Assembly: GCA_016204975.1 (NCBI GenBank)
Contig: JACQJP010000014.1
Location: forward strand, 1-61,492
Direction of reading: 5' to 3'
DNA from: Elusimicrobiota bacterium
Lineage (GTDB): Bacteria; Elusimicrobiota; Elusimicrobia; JACQJP01
DNA length: 61,492 nt
Shown: piece by piece, positions 49,806 through 60,885 of the stretch
How the letters are laid out: each line of letters starts with the position of its first letter
Numbering within the stretch: the first letter of the stretch is position 1
Translations under genes and position numbers: made by a program
The notes under the pieces: model-generated
Database searches by the model: none
Seen by the model: only the letters and a program-made list of their open reading frames with translations
Told to the model about the DNA's origin: nothing

Positions 49806-52778
49806 ATGACCGAACGAAGGTTTAGAAAGGTCAATGATTTTTTATGGGAGCTTCCCGCCACGGGCTCCATGAGGGTTCCGGGGAGGGTCTTTGCCTCGGA
49901 GAAGATGTTGCCGAAGCTCGAGCGCGAGCGGGTGGCGGAGCAGGTGGCCAACGTCGCCACGCTTCCAGGAATCCAGGTCGCCTCCCTGGCCATGCCCGAT
50001 GCCCATTGGGGGTACGGCGCCCCGGTGGGTGGGGTGGCGGCGCTGGACGTCCAAGAGGGGGTCATAAGCCCCGGAATGGTCGGGTATGATATTTCCTGCC
50101 TTGCGCAAGGATCTAGGGTTCTGCATGCTTTGGGTTATGTGCGCCCGATAGAGGAGTTTGCAGGAGCTTGGCAGGAAGAGAGGCTTTCCGTATTGGATTT
50201 AAGTGCTTGTCGTGCAGATGTTGCAGAGGTGGATGCCTTTTATCGGAAACCTAGTTACGGGAAGATGTATCGTGTGATAACAAAGACGGGTCGGCAACTC
50301 TTGGCAACCGGGGATCATCCTTTTTATACGGAGGATGGGATGCGTCCGTTGGAAGAAATTGGGGCTGGGGAACGGGTTTCTGTTTATCCTTTTGAGGGGG
50401 TGCCTTATGAGCCCCCCGCGAAAGATATTCTTGTGACTGAGGAAGATGTTCGAGGGTACTTGGTCGGACAAGGGAGAGGCACCTTAGGCAACGCAGTCCC
50501 ACAGGTTTTGAAGGCATTGAAGGGAAGGGGGCTTCTGCCGCTTCGATGCGATTCGATTCAGCTGCCCTACTTGATGAAGCTATTGGGGTATCTGATGGGG
50601 GATGGAACGTTGTTCTTTCTAAATCAGGGGAAGGGAAATGGGGTTGCCTGGTTTTTTGGGGATGCGGAAAATCTATACGATATTCGCAGGGATGCTTCAC
50701 CCATTGGGTTTGCTGCTTCCAGGGTTTATTCTCGACGCCGTTTTCATCGCATACGGACTTATTATAGGGAATATCGATTTGAACGGGTGGAAGAATCCTT
50801 CCGGATCGGCAGCACGGCTTTCGCGGTTCTGATGGCTTGTTTGGGTTGCCCCGTGGGAAACAGGGCAGAGCAGGCCTACCGAATTCCCAATTGGATTTTT
50901 AAGGCGCCTCTCTGGCAGAAGCGTCTTTTTCTCTCTGCCTTCTTTGGAGCAGAACTGGCCTCCCCAAAAAATCTCTCCCGCCAGAATCTATATTGTCCCG
51001 TGCTCTCCTTGAGTAAACGTGAGGATTTGGTTTGGAGCGGCGGGGAGTTTCTACAAGACATCTCTGTATTGTTGGAGGGGTTTGGTGTTGGGACGCGGAC
51101 TATATCCGAGACGCCGGATCCGTATCGGCGCAAGGATGGAAGATTGTCCCGCCGTTTGCGTCTGATTCTGGATTCTAAGCCGGCAAGCCTCATTGCGCTC
51201 TATTCTAAGGTGGGCTTTTCCTATCACCGGCGCAAGTTTCATCTGGGACTGGTTGCGGCTCAATACCTTAAGGAAAAGAGGATAATTGTTTTGGAGAGAG
51301 AACGTATCGCCAGGGAGGCGAGGTCATTGCACGAGCGGTTCGGTCTGAGCGCGAAAAGGCTGATGGCGGTCTTTGGGCCGACAGTGCCGCGGCGCTTTCT
51401 GGAGCGAAGTATCTATGAGGGACGTAAGACAAGTCCTAGGGTTTGGCGCTCTCTCCTCTCTTTTGAGGATTATTGCCGAGTCTACACCAGGGGGTTAGGA
51501 GAATCCGGCATGCTTTGGGATGTGGTGATTGTGAAGGAAGCGGTGCCTTATCAGGGATGGGTCTACGATTTTACCATGAACCATCCCTCTCATAACTTTG
51601 TGGCTGAGGGATTCGTGGTGTCCAACTGCGGGGTTCGGCTGCTTCGAAGCGATTTAACTGCGCAGGAGCTCCGGCCCCATCTCCCCAAGCTCATGGACAG
51701 CCTGTTTCACAGCGTGCCTTCGGGGGTGGGTTCCACGGGAAAGCTCCGCCTTTCTAAAGAAGAGATGCAAGGAGTGTTTAGGAAGGGCGCCCAGTGGGCC
51801 ATCGAAAAAGGCTTTGGAGATCCGGAGGACTGTCTGACCATCGAGGACCAAGGCTTTCTTGCCGACGCCGACCCCTCTCTGCCCAGTCCGCGCGCGGTGG
51901 AGAGGGGCAGAAACCAGCTGGGGACTCTGGGAAGCGGCAACCACTTCCTGGAGGTCCAGGAGGTGGACGAGGTCTATGACCTTCGGGTGGCCTCTGTCTT
52001 TGGGCTCTTTAAAGGGCAGTTGGTGATCCTGATCCATACCGGGTCCCGAGGGTGCGGATACCAGATCTGCGCCGATTTTTTAAACATCATGCAGCAGGCG
52101 ATCCGGAGGTACCAAATTTCTCTCCCGGACCGGCAGCTGGCCTGCGTCCCCTTGAAGTCTGCGGAGGGGAGGGATTACCTCGCAGCCATGTGCGCCGGGG
52201 CCAATTTTGCCCGGGCCAACCGGCAGGTGATCACCCATTTCGTACGGGAGTCTTTGATGCGGGTTCTGGACAGGGCCCCGCTGGATTTGGGGGTTCGGGT
52301 GGTTTATGATGTCTGCCACAACATCGCCAAGATCGAGGAGCATGAGGTGGACGGGAAAAAGCGTCGGGTGTGCGTGCATCGCAAGGGAGCGACCCGTGCT
52401 TTTCCGGCGGGGCACCCAGAGGTTCCGGAGCTCTATCGCGAAGTGGGACAGCCGGTTTTTGTTCCTGGATCCATGGGAACCTACTCTTATGTCTTGGTGG
52501 GGACGGAAGGGGCCATGCGGCAAACCTTTGGAACAACATGTCATGGGGCTGGGCGCATGATGAGCCGCAGCCAGGCGTCGAAGCAGATTCACGGCCAGGA
52601 GCTCAGGGCCCAGCTTCAGGCGCGCGGGATCGAGGTGCGCACCGATTCCTATAGGGGGTTGGCGGAGGAGGCCCCCTTCGCCTATAAAGATGTTTCCGAG
52701 GTGGTGGAGGTTTGTCACCGGGCGGGGATTTCCGAGAAGGTGGCTAGGATGCGCCCGTTGGGAGTCGTGAAAGGGTGA
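49806..52778 (+). CDS. rtcB: RNA ligase RtcB, intein-containing (about 480 aa after splicing)
   Basis: MPDAHWGYG, GYDIS|CGVR, LGTLGSGNHFLEV, IHTGSRG, HNIAK, HRKGAT, PGSMG, HGAGR, EEAPFAYK. Confidence 0.97.
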   Translation: MTERRFRKVNDFLWELPATGSMRVPGRVFASEKMLPKLERERVAEQVANVATLPGIQVASLAMPDAHWGYGAPVGGVAALDVQEGVISPGMVGYDISCLAQGSRVLHALGYVRPIEEFAGAWQEERLSVLDLSACRADVAEVDAFYRKPSYGKMYRVITKTGRQLLATGDHPFYTEDGMRPLEEIGAGERVSVYPFEGVPYEPPAKDILVTEEDVRGYLVGQGRGTLGNAVPQVLKALKGRGLLPLRCDSIQLPYLMKLLGYLMGDGTLFFLNQGKGNGVAWFFGDAENLYDIRRDASPIGFAASRVYSRRRFHRIRTYYREYRFERVEESFRIGSTAFAVLMACLGCPVGNRAEQAYRIPNWIFKAPLWQKRLFLSAFFGAELASPKNLSRQNLYCPVLSLSKREDLVWSGGEFLQDISVLLEGFGVGTRTISETPDPYRRKDGRLSRRLRLILDSKPASLIALYSKVGFSYHRRKFHLGLVAAQYLKEKRIIVLERERIAREARSLHERFGLSAKRLMAVFGPTVPRRFLERSIYEGRKTSPRVWRSLLSFEDYCRVYTRGLGESGMLWDVVIVKEAVPYQGWVYDFTMNHPSHNFVAEGFVVSNCGVRLLRSDLTAQELRPHLPKLMDSLFHSVPSGVGSTGKLRLSKEEMQGVFRKGAQWAIEKGFGDPEDCLTIEDQGFLADADPSLPSPRAVERGRNQLGTLGSGNHFLEVQEVDEVYDLRVASVFGLFKGQLVILIHTGSRGCGYQICADFLNIMQQAIRRYQISLPDRQLACVPLKSAEGRDYLAAMCAGANFARANRQVITHFVRESLMRVLDRAPLDLGVRVVYDVCHNIAKIEEHEVDGKKRRVCVHRKGATRAFPAGHPEVPELYREVGQPVFVPGSMGTYSYVLVGTEGAMRQTFGTTCHGAGRMMSRSQASKQIHGQELRAQLQARGIEVRTDSYRGLAEEAPFAYKDVSEVVEVCHRAGISEKVARMRPLGVVKG
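50097..51626 (+). mobile_element. Intein with LAGLIDADG homing endonuclease (510 aa)
   Basis: Block A CLAQGSRV, block B ATGDHPF, LLGYLMGDG, block F VYDFTM, block G HNFVAEGFVVSN followed by Cys+1. Confidence 0.95.
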
Positions 52779-52781
52779 TTG

Positions 52782-54244
<1,463 letters not shown>

Positions 54245-54255
54245 TCCCCTCCTTA

Positions 54256-55503
54256 TTATAAGTCTGCCGTTAGGGATTCGATCTCTTCTCGGGTGTCGGC
54301 GGGGCCGAGGCAACGGCCGTTTTTGGATACAAACAGACGCGGGTAGTGATCGGATTTTAGTCGGTGGGAGAGGATGAAATCCATATCGGAAGGATCGATG
54401 AAGGAAAGGAGCATCCGAGGAAGATAGATGCCGTGGGCCAAAGCCAGCAGCTGCTGTGTCTGCGCCTCCTCGTGGCGGCCCACCAGATCCAGCTCGATTC
54501 TTCCGCGCCGGAGGCACTCCCAAAGTTTTACAAACGGCGCCAGCTCGGCAGGGCCTCGGAGTTCCGCGCAGAGGGTCCGAAGGGCCCCCTCGGTGGATTT
54601 TAGGTAGACCTGGCTTCCCTTCAGGTGCGAGAGTTTCCATAAGACCTCGATGGCGATGGCGTTGTCCAACGCGGGTTTGGCGGATGGGGCTTGCTCGTCC
54701 GGCAGGTTGAGGAATCCCCCCCGCTCTTTGTCCCACAGTCCCAGAAGCATCTGTTGCTTGAGTATCCAGTCCGCAAACTCTCGGTAGTCCGGATGGCCCA
54801 GGTGCTGGGAGGCCTGGACGAAGGCCAGGGCGGTCCACGCTTGGTCCGGGAGGGCTCCTGGACATTCGGCCTCTCCGTTTTCCTTCAGGGAGTGGCAGAT
54901 ACCGCGTCCGGGATCGACGCACCTCTCCTGGAGAAACTGGAGGACTTGCTCTGCGGTGTGGGAATAGGAATCCTCTCCCAGGGCCGCGGAGGCTTGAAAC
55001 AGTGTCCTGGCGATGGCGGCATTGGCGTCGGCGTAGAAAATCTTGTGGATCTCCAGGGCCTCCCCGGCGGGAGGTGAGCCTTTGACCTGCGCGAAAAAGC
55101 CTCCCTCCGTTGGGCTCCACAGGGATTGCTCCAGCATCTGGAGGGTTTGGGTGATGGCCCGTCGCAGGGATTCTTCAGGCTTGAGGAGATATCCATCCAC
55201 CAACAGACTTACCCACAGGGCATTTTCCTTTAGGCGTTTTTCCGGGAGGGGGGCGCCTTTGTTGGGAGCCTCTAGAAAAAACCCCCCCTCCAATGGATCG
55301 TAGAGGGGGCTTTGAAGAAGTTCGATAACCTTTTGGATGGTTTTTTGGAGCAGGGAGGGGTTCTTCTCTGCGGCGGCGATGTAGAGAAGTAGCGAGCAGC
55401 TTTCTCGAAAATCAGGGAGGGAATCCGGAAGAGTATTTTTTTTTCGGGATAAGACAAGCTCCCGGGCGGCTTCTATCACCTTCTCTTTAAGCGCGGGATC
55501 CAT
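54256..55503 (-). CDS. YyaL/SPATA20-like alpha-barrel protein lacking the N-terminal thioredoxin domain
   Basis: LYDPLEGGFF, EKRLKENA, GGFFA, KIFYADANA, LWDKERGGF, PALDNA. Confidence 0.7.
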   Translation of the reverse strand: MDPALKEKVIEAARELVLSRKKNTLPDSLPDFRESCSLLLYIAAAEKNPSLLQKTIQKVIELLQSPLYDPLEGGFFLEAPNKGAPLPEKRLKENALWVSLLVDGYLLKPEESLRRAITQTLQMLEQSLWSPTEGGFFAQVKGSPPAGEALEIHKIFYADANAAIARTLFQASAALGEDSYSHTAEQVLQFLQERCVDPGRGICHSLKENGEAECPGALPDQAWTALAFVQASQHLGHPDYREFADWILKQQMLLGLWDKERGGFLNLPDEQAPSAKPALDNAIAIEVLWKLSHLKGSQVYLKSTEGALRTLCAELRGPAELAPFVKLWECLRRGRIELDLVGRHEEAQTQQLLALAHGIYLPRMLLSFIDPSDMDFILSHRLKSDHYPRLFVSKNGRCLGPADTREEIESLTADL

Positions 55504-55533
55504 TGATCACCCCCTCGCTCTCTGTGGAGATAT

Positions 55534-56556
55534 TCATGGGGTTTCTGTCAGCTCAAACATCCGGTCCAGGCTCTGCCTGGCTTTGTGCAGGACTGTCTCC
55601 GGAATGCGAATGACGGATCCGGGGTGCGGATTCTGCAGCGCGCGCAGGACGGAGTCCAAGGTAATGGATTTCATGTAGGGACAGAGGCGGCACATGGGAA
55701 TGAACTTTTTCTGAGGAAATCGCGTGCGGGCGAGATCTCCCAGACCGCACTCCGTCACCAAGAGGTAGGAGGGGGCCGGCGTCAATTCAATGTCGCGCAG
55801 CATGTCGGAGGTTCCACCCAGGAGATCCACAGAGGACGCTACCTCTGGGCTGCATTCGCTGTGGGCCAGGATCCGAACGCCCGGATAGAGGCGGCGGTAG
55901 TACCGGATGTGTTCCGGCGAAAATTCCCGGTGGACGATGCACTCCCCTTTCCAGAAGAGGAGTTCCTCCCCAAGTTTTTTTCCCAGTTGGCGAGCGAGGT
56001 TCTTGGCCATCCACTCGTCCGGGACAAACAGGACCCGGGGGTGCTTTTGGTAGAGTCGCCGTAGTATTTTGGAAGCGTTGGAGGAGGTGCAGACGACATC
56101 CGATTCCGCTTTGACCGCGGCGCTGGTGTTGATGTAGCAGACCACCGGAACCCCCGGGTATTGCTCCTTGAGCCTTTGCAGTTGGTGGGAGGTGATTCCA
56201 TCCGCCAGGGAGCATCCCGCCTCCTCTTCCGGCAGCAGCACCTCCTTATCGGGATTGAGGATTTTGGCCGTCTCGGCCATGAAGCGCACTCCGCAGAAGA
56301 TGATCTTTCTTGCCGGAAGATCACGGCACCTCAGGCTTAGAGCATAAGAGTCTCCGGAGAAATCGGCGATCCCATGGATAATTTCTGTTCGTTGATAGAG
56401 GTGGGCTGGGATGGCCGCCCCAAGTCTGCGTTTTAGTTTCTGGATGGCTGAGGTCTTTTCCGCCAGGCGCAACAGCTCGGATTCTCCGTATCCGAGCAGC
56501 TCCAGTCCGCTCTCTTTGAGTCTTTCCGCCTCCTCCCAGAGAGTCTCGGCGTCCAT
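55534..56556 (-). CDS. nadA: Quinolinate synthase
   Basis: AHLYQ, GDSYAL, FCGVRFMAETAKILNP, AGCSLA, YINTSA, CTSSNA, CIVH, CPYMK; ATG 56556. Confidence 0.95.
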   Translation of the reverse strand: MDAETLWEEAERLKESGLELLGYGESELLRLAEKTSAIQKLKRRLGAAIPAHLYQRTEIIHGIADFSGDSYALSLRCRDLPARKIIFCGVRFMAETAKILNPDKEVLLPEEEAGCSLADGITSHQLQRLKEQYPGVPVVCYINTSAAVKAESDVVCTSSNASKILRRLYQKHPRVLFVPDEWMAKNLARQLGKKLGEELLFWKGECIVHREFSPEHIRYYRRLYPGVRILAHSECSPEVASSVDLLGGTSDMLRDIELTPAPSYLLVTECGLGDLARTRFPQKKFIPMCRLCPYMKSITLDSVLRALQNPHPGSVIRIPETVLHKARQSLDRMFELTETP

Positions 56557-57218
56557 CAGAGACTCCCCCCTGCCCTTTCCCAGCGTGAGCTCAAGAGATC
56601 CGGGTAGTCGGAGAAAACGCCCTGGACCCCGCATTTTTCCAATCGACAGCAGGTGGCGGTATCATTGACGGTATAGACGTAGAGCGGAACCTTGAGCTTT
56701 TCGGCCAGGCGGGCCCAAGAGGGATGAAATCGCTTGAGGCTCAGGTGCAGGCTATCCGGCTTAAGCTCTCCGGCGAGCTCCTTCACCTCTTTTGGGGAGG
56801 TGGAGCCCACCAGATGCCCGATCCGCACGGTGCGGGAGAGCTGTCGCAGCCTCTTTAGGATGCGGAGCTGGAAGCTGGAGAAGATCACATTTGGGACCAG
56901 GGGCCCAGGAACCTTTTGGAGCACCTCCTGCTCGAAATTATCCGAGGGTGAAGCGGAGGCTTTGAGCTCCAGGCAAAGCAGGGGTGCAGCGGTGCGTGGG
57001 GAGTGTTGCCGGATCTGGTCCAGCACCTCCTCCAGCGCGGGCGGCCTTTTGGCCGCCCTCGATCTGGGAGGATCGTGGGAGACCACCAATCTTGTGTCGG
57101 CTGTTTGGTGGATGTCCATCTCCAGGGCCTGTGCCCCCATCTCCAGGGCTAGTTGGAAGGCTTCCAGAGAGTTTTCTGGTGCGTAGGCAGAGGCTCCTCG
57201 ATGGGCGATGACCAACAT
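56556..57218 (-). CDS. Glycerophosphodiester phosphodiesterase
   Basis: IAHRGASAYAPENS, EMDIH, VSHD, ELK, SSF, YTVND, SDYP. Confidence 0.92.
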   Translation of the reverse strand: MLVIAHRGASAYAPENSLEAFQLALEMGAQALEMDIHQTADTRLVVSHDPPRSRAAKRPPALEEVLDQIRQHSPRTAAPLLCLELKASASPSDNFEQEVLQKVPGPLVPNVIFSSFQLRILKRLRQLSRTVRIGHLVGSTSPKEVKELAGELKPDSLHLSLKRFHPSWARLAEKLKVPLYVYTVNDTATCCRLEKCGVQGVFSDYPDLLSSRWERAGGSL

Positions 57219-57248
57219 TTTTTTGGGCGTGCTTAGCACCCGAAACAC

Positions 57249-57272
57249 GGCGAAGGGGACCCAGCCTTCGCC
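57249..57272. other. GC-rich intergenic hairpin
   Basis: GGCGAAGG-N8-CCTTCGCC; no clear U-tract. Confidence 0.35.
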
Positions 57273-57283
57273 TCCGGCGGATG

Positions 57284-58270
57284 CTAGCGGGCGGCGGGGG
57301 ACTTTAGTTCCTGACGGAGCTTTTTGACGGCAGAGACCATGACCGCAAGCTTTTTTTCAACTTCCTCTCGGGTGCGTGTCTTGAGTCCGCAGTCCGGATC
57401 CACAGTCACCTGCTCGGGGCTGAGCACCTTCAAGGTTTTTTGGAGTCCTGACAGGATCTGCTCCTCTGTCTCTACGTGGTGGCTGTGAACGTCTAAAACC
57501 CCCAGGCCGATCTCCTTATCAAAGGGATTTTTTTTAAAGAGGTTCAAGAGATCGTAGCCGCTGTTAGCCATCTCCAGGTCAATCTGATCCACGGGGAGCC
57601 TCAGCATCTCTGGGTAAATTTCCTCAAAGCGTCCGTAACAGATGTGGGTGATGGTCTTGACCTTTAGATTTTGGGTCACACACCCCAGCGCCTCGATGGC
57701 CAGCTCCAGTTCTTGAGGGCGGACCGAAACCGCCGGTTCATCGATCTGAATGTAGGTGGCCCCCGCCCGCTCTAAGTCCTCCGCCTCCTCCCTCAAGGCC
57801 TCGGCGAAGGCCAGGGCGCAGTCTCTCCGGGAGCCGTAGTGTTCGTCGAAGGACCAATCCATGAGGGTGTAGGGTCCGGTCAACATTCCCTTGACCGGTT
57901 TTTTTGTCAGACTCTGTGTGAACCGCCACCAGCGGACGGTAACGGGGCGGCTTCGCTGGATGGAGCCGGTGACGATGGGCTTGCGATAGTAACGATTGCC
58001 ATAAGATCGGACCAAGCCGCTGATCTTCAGGCCTTCCAGATTCTCCGCGAAATAGGTGGCCATGTCTCCTCGGTACATCTCGCCGTCCACCAAGATGTCC
58101 AGCCCCAGCCGCTCCTGAAGCTCGATCCATTCCCGGGTGGCCTTTTCCTCCAACTCCTGCAGGGTCTGAGGAGAGATTTCGCCTCGGGTCCTTTGGGCTC
58201 TGGCACGCAGGAGATACTCCGGTTTCGGAAAGCTTCCCACGGTGGTGGTTGGCAGAAGAGGCAGGCTCAT
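57284..58270 (-). CDS. metE: Cobalamin-independent methionine synthase, catalytic Zn-binding half
   Basis: TTTVGSFP, VDGEMYR, KGMLTGPYT, IQIDEPA, THICYG, DLE, DPDCGLKTR. Confidence 0.88.
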   Translation of the reverse strand: MSLPLLPTTTVGSFPKPEYLLRARAQRTRGEISPQTLQELEEKATREWIELQERLGLDILVDGEMYRGDMATYFAENLEGLKISGLVRSYGNRYYRKPIVTGSIQRSRPVTVRWWRFTQSLTKKPVKGMLTGPYTLMDWSFDEHYGSRRDCALAFAEALREEAEDLERAGATYIQIDEPAVSVRPQELELAIEALGCVTQNLKVKTITHICYGRFEEIYPEMLRLPVDQIDLEMANSGYDLLNLFKKNPFDKEIGLGVLDVHSHHVETEEQILSGLQKTLKVLSPEQVTVDPDCGLKTRTREEVEKKLAVMVSAVKKLRQELKSPAAR

Positions 58271-59277
58271 TGCACGGGCTCCCTTTGAAATTTAAATGGT
58301 TGGGCCGCCCGGGCCAGAATTTCAAGCTTTCTTTGCGCCGTCTCCCGGGGAAGAAACTCCAAACCGCAGTGAGGTTGCAGATGGATCGGATCTGCTTGGG
58401 GACAAAGCGCCAGCAACCGTTCGATGCGACTTGAGATTTCCGAGGGGCTTTCCATTTTGGTATTGCGGGCATCTATGATTCCTGCAGCCAGGCCCTTTCC
58501 TTTTGGGAAAGGGTGGTTTTCTAAAAGTTTCCAGTTGGCTGGCGCGGTGACGAAGTCCATGCCCAACACCCGGAAGGGGAGTTGGAGGATCTCCGGGTAG
58601 AGGCCGTCTAGGCCCCCGTAGTAGGTTTGTAGAATGATCGGGACGGAGGTCCCCGAGGTCAGAAGTTGAAACGCTTCTTTAAAGAGGGGCCAGAAGGAGG
58701 GACGTTTCTCAAATACCAGGTTCGGCTCATCGATCTGAATCCAGACTGCCTTGCCTTCAGCCTCCAGGGCGCCGATCTCTTGCCGGAGGGCTCGGGCCAG
58801 GTCTAAGACGAATTCCTCCCATCTGGGGTAGGCGGGGTGCAGGCATAGGGAGGCGAGGGTATAGGGTCCGGTGAGCACCGCTTTCACCGGCACGGAGGAG
58901 TTTTTTTGAGCACCCTGCAGGTCCCGCACCAGTATGGGACCTTTCCAAGAGACTTTTCTTTCCGCGACGGGCTGCCGGTAATAGGTGTTGGTGTCATAAA
59001 GACGCACTAGGCCTGTGACCCGGAATCCTTCCATCCCCTGGGCCAGATAGGTAGCCAGGTCCTCCCAGCGGATCTGCCCATCGGTGACCAGGTCCAATCC
59101 GGCCTCTTGTTGCTCCTGAAGCACCTCTCGGGTGACTTCCTCCTGCACCCGGGAGAGATCCTGTGGGGAGATTTTTCCCTCTTGAAACTGAGCGATGGCC
59201 TGTCGCAGGTGGGCGGATCTGGGCAGGTTGGGAATTTTGGGGTAGTGGTTGACGGCGGTTACGATGAGCCTAGGCAT
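58267..59277 (-). CDS. MetE N-terminal-half-like protein (non-catalytic partner of split MetE)
   Basis: YPKI, VTDGQIRWED, RLYDTNTYYRQP, KAVLTGPYTL, IQIDEP, TYYG (no H-x-C), GIIDARN. Confidence 0.8.
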   Translation of the reverse strand: MPRLIVTAVNHYPKIPNLPRSAHLRQAIAQFQEGKISPQDLSRVQEEVTREVLQEQQEAGLDLVTDGQIRWEDLATYLAQGMEGFRVTGLVRLYDTNTYYRQPVAERKVSWKGPILVRDLQGAQKNSSVPVKAVLTGPYTLASLCLHPAYPRWEEFVLDLARALRQEIGALEAEGKAVWIQIDEPNLVFEKRPSFWPLFKEAFQLLTSGTSVPIILQTYYGGLDGLYPEILQLPFRVLGMDFVTAPANWKLLENHPFPKGKGLAAGIIDARNTKMESPSEISSRIERLLALCPQADPIHLQPHCGLEFLPRETAQRKLEILARAAQPFKFQREPVQ

Positions 59278-60100
59278 CGTCCAGGGATAGTTTGTCCTGA
59301 AGCTGTTCCCAAACGCTGAACGGAACCTCACATCCTCCCAACTCCCCACGGCCTGTTTCCGGCCCGTGGAAGTCCGAGCCGCCGGTGGCGATCAGGCTAT
59401 GGCGTCGAGCGATTTGCAGAAGCTCTTGGGTGAAGCGGGCGGTGTGGGAGGGATAGTAAACCTCCAGACCTAAAAGACCTTCTTCCACCAGAGCGGGGAC
59501 CATTGTATCATTTTTCGACACGAGGAATGGGTGAGCCAGCACCGCGACTCCTCCCGCCTCTCGGATGGTTTCGATGGCCTCGGCGCTGGAGGGTCCCCGG
59601 GGAGGGACATAGGCCGGTCCGCCGGGTAGAAGGTAGCGTCGGAAAGCCTGGGAGCGATTTGCGGCGTGCCCCGCCTGTACCAGCAGGTCCGCTATGTGGG
59701 GGCGTCCGATGGAGTGATCCTCTCCCCTTTCACAGCGGGGAAGGGAGATTCCGGCCCGCTTCAATTTCTCCAGGATGAGCTGTATCCGCTCCTGTCTTTT
59801 GCCTCGAAACCCCTGGAGCTTTTTCAAGAGGGAGGGATGTTGCGGATTGAGGCCATAGCCTAGGATGTGGACGGTGTCCCCCTCCTGGGCGGTGTTGATC
59901 TCAATGCCGTTTAAAAATTCTATCCCTGCTCTTTTGGCCGCTTGCTGCGCTGCGGACAGACCGGCAGTGGTGTCGTGATCGGTAAGGGCCAGGTGGCGGA
60001 CCCCCATTTTTTTTGCCCTCTCGATCAATGGGGAGGGATCGAGAGTTCCGTCGGAAAAGGTGGAATGGCAGTGGAGGTCTACCAGGGCATGAGAGGTCAC
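59270..60100 (-). CDS. PHP domain phosphoesterase (TrpH/YciV-like)
   Basis: DLHCHSTFSDG, ALTDHDT, GIEIN, HILGY, GRPHIA, LAHP, TGGSDFHG; GTG start overlaps upstream stop. Confidence 0.92.
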   Translation of the reverse strand: MTSHALVDLHCHSTFSDGTLDPSPLIERAKKMGVRHLALTDHDTTAGLSAAQQAAKRAGIEFLNGIEINTAQEGDTVHILGYGLNPQHPSLLKKLQGFRGKRQERIQLILEKLKRAGISLPRCERGEDHSIGRPHIADLLVQAGHAANRSQAFRRYLLPGGPAYVPPRGPSSAEAIETIREAGGVAVLAHPFLVSKNDTMVPALVEEGLLGLEVYYPSHTARFTQELLQIARRHSLIATGGSDFHGPETGRGELGGCEVPFSVWEQLQDKLSLDDA

Positions 60101-60540
60101 AGGATCAAGGTCTGCTTCTCTGCCTCCACCTCTTCCCGTTGGAGTTCGTCCAAGGTGACTCCCCGCAGGAAGTTCTCGATCTTCTGCGCCAGGGCGCGCC
60201 AGATGGGGCGGATGCTGCAGGTGACAGTGTGCCGACATTGCATTTTGCCGTAAGAGTATTTGTCACAGGTGTCTTCGAGGAGGTCTCTCTCCACTGCCTC
60301 CACCACATCTGCCACGGTGATCTTTTCCGGGGCCAGGCTTAAGCGGTATCCTCCCTGGGCGCCCCTGCGGCTCTGGATGAGTTTGGCGCGACGGAGCTTC
60401 AAAAGCAGCTGATCCACGTAATCTCGCTGGATGTTTTCCAGATGGGAGAGTTCCTCGGCGGTCAAGGTGGATTTGTCGTAGCAGTGGACCATCTGTCCCA
60501 TGATCCGCATGGCATACTCGCTGGCGCTGGTCATCCTCAT
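60097..60540 (-). CDS. Rrf2 family (IscR-like) transcriptional regulator
   Basis: EYAMR, LIQSRRGAQGGYRL, three C-terminal Cys. Confidence 0.92.
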   Translation of the reverse strand: MRMTSASEYAMRIMGQMVHCYDKSTLTAEELSHLENIQRDYVDQLLLKLRRAKLIQSRRGAQGGYRLSLAPEKITVADVVEAVERDLLEDTCDKYSYGKMQCRHTVTCSIRPIWRALAQKIENFLRGVTLDELQREEVEAEKQTLIL

Positions 60541-60552
60541 GGTTAAAACTCC

Positions 60553-60882
60553 TTAGAAGATTCCCAGGGCATCTCGACAGTCTTCCGTGGCCATGGTGCG
60601 AGGGTCCCAGGGAGGTTCAAAGACAAGATTCATCTGGACCTTTTGGACTCCCGGCGTCTGCTCGACGGCCCTATGGGCTTGGGCCAGGAGTTGCGGACCG
60701 TATGGGCAGGCCGGGGAAGTCATGGTCATCTCAACGATCACCTCAGCCCGGTCGCTTCCGGGCTCGGCCTCCGCAATCTTCACTCCATAGATCAGGCCCA
60801 GGTCCAGAATGCTTAGGAAAAGCTCAGGGTCCTGCACCGGTTGCAGGGCTGCGCGGACCTGTTCTTCCGTGACGAGACTCAT
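60553..60882 (-). CDS. Fe-S cluster assembly factor (SufT/DUF59)
   Basis: VQDPELFLSILDLGLIY, MTMTSPACP, FEPPW. Confidence 0.92.
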   Translation of the reverse strand: MSLVTEEQVRAALQPVQDPELFLSILDLGLIYGVKIAEAEPGSDRAEVIVEMTMTSPACPYGPQLLAQAHRAVEQTPGVQKVQMNLVFEPPWDPRTMATEDCRDALGIF

Positions 60883-60885
60883 AGC

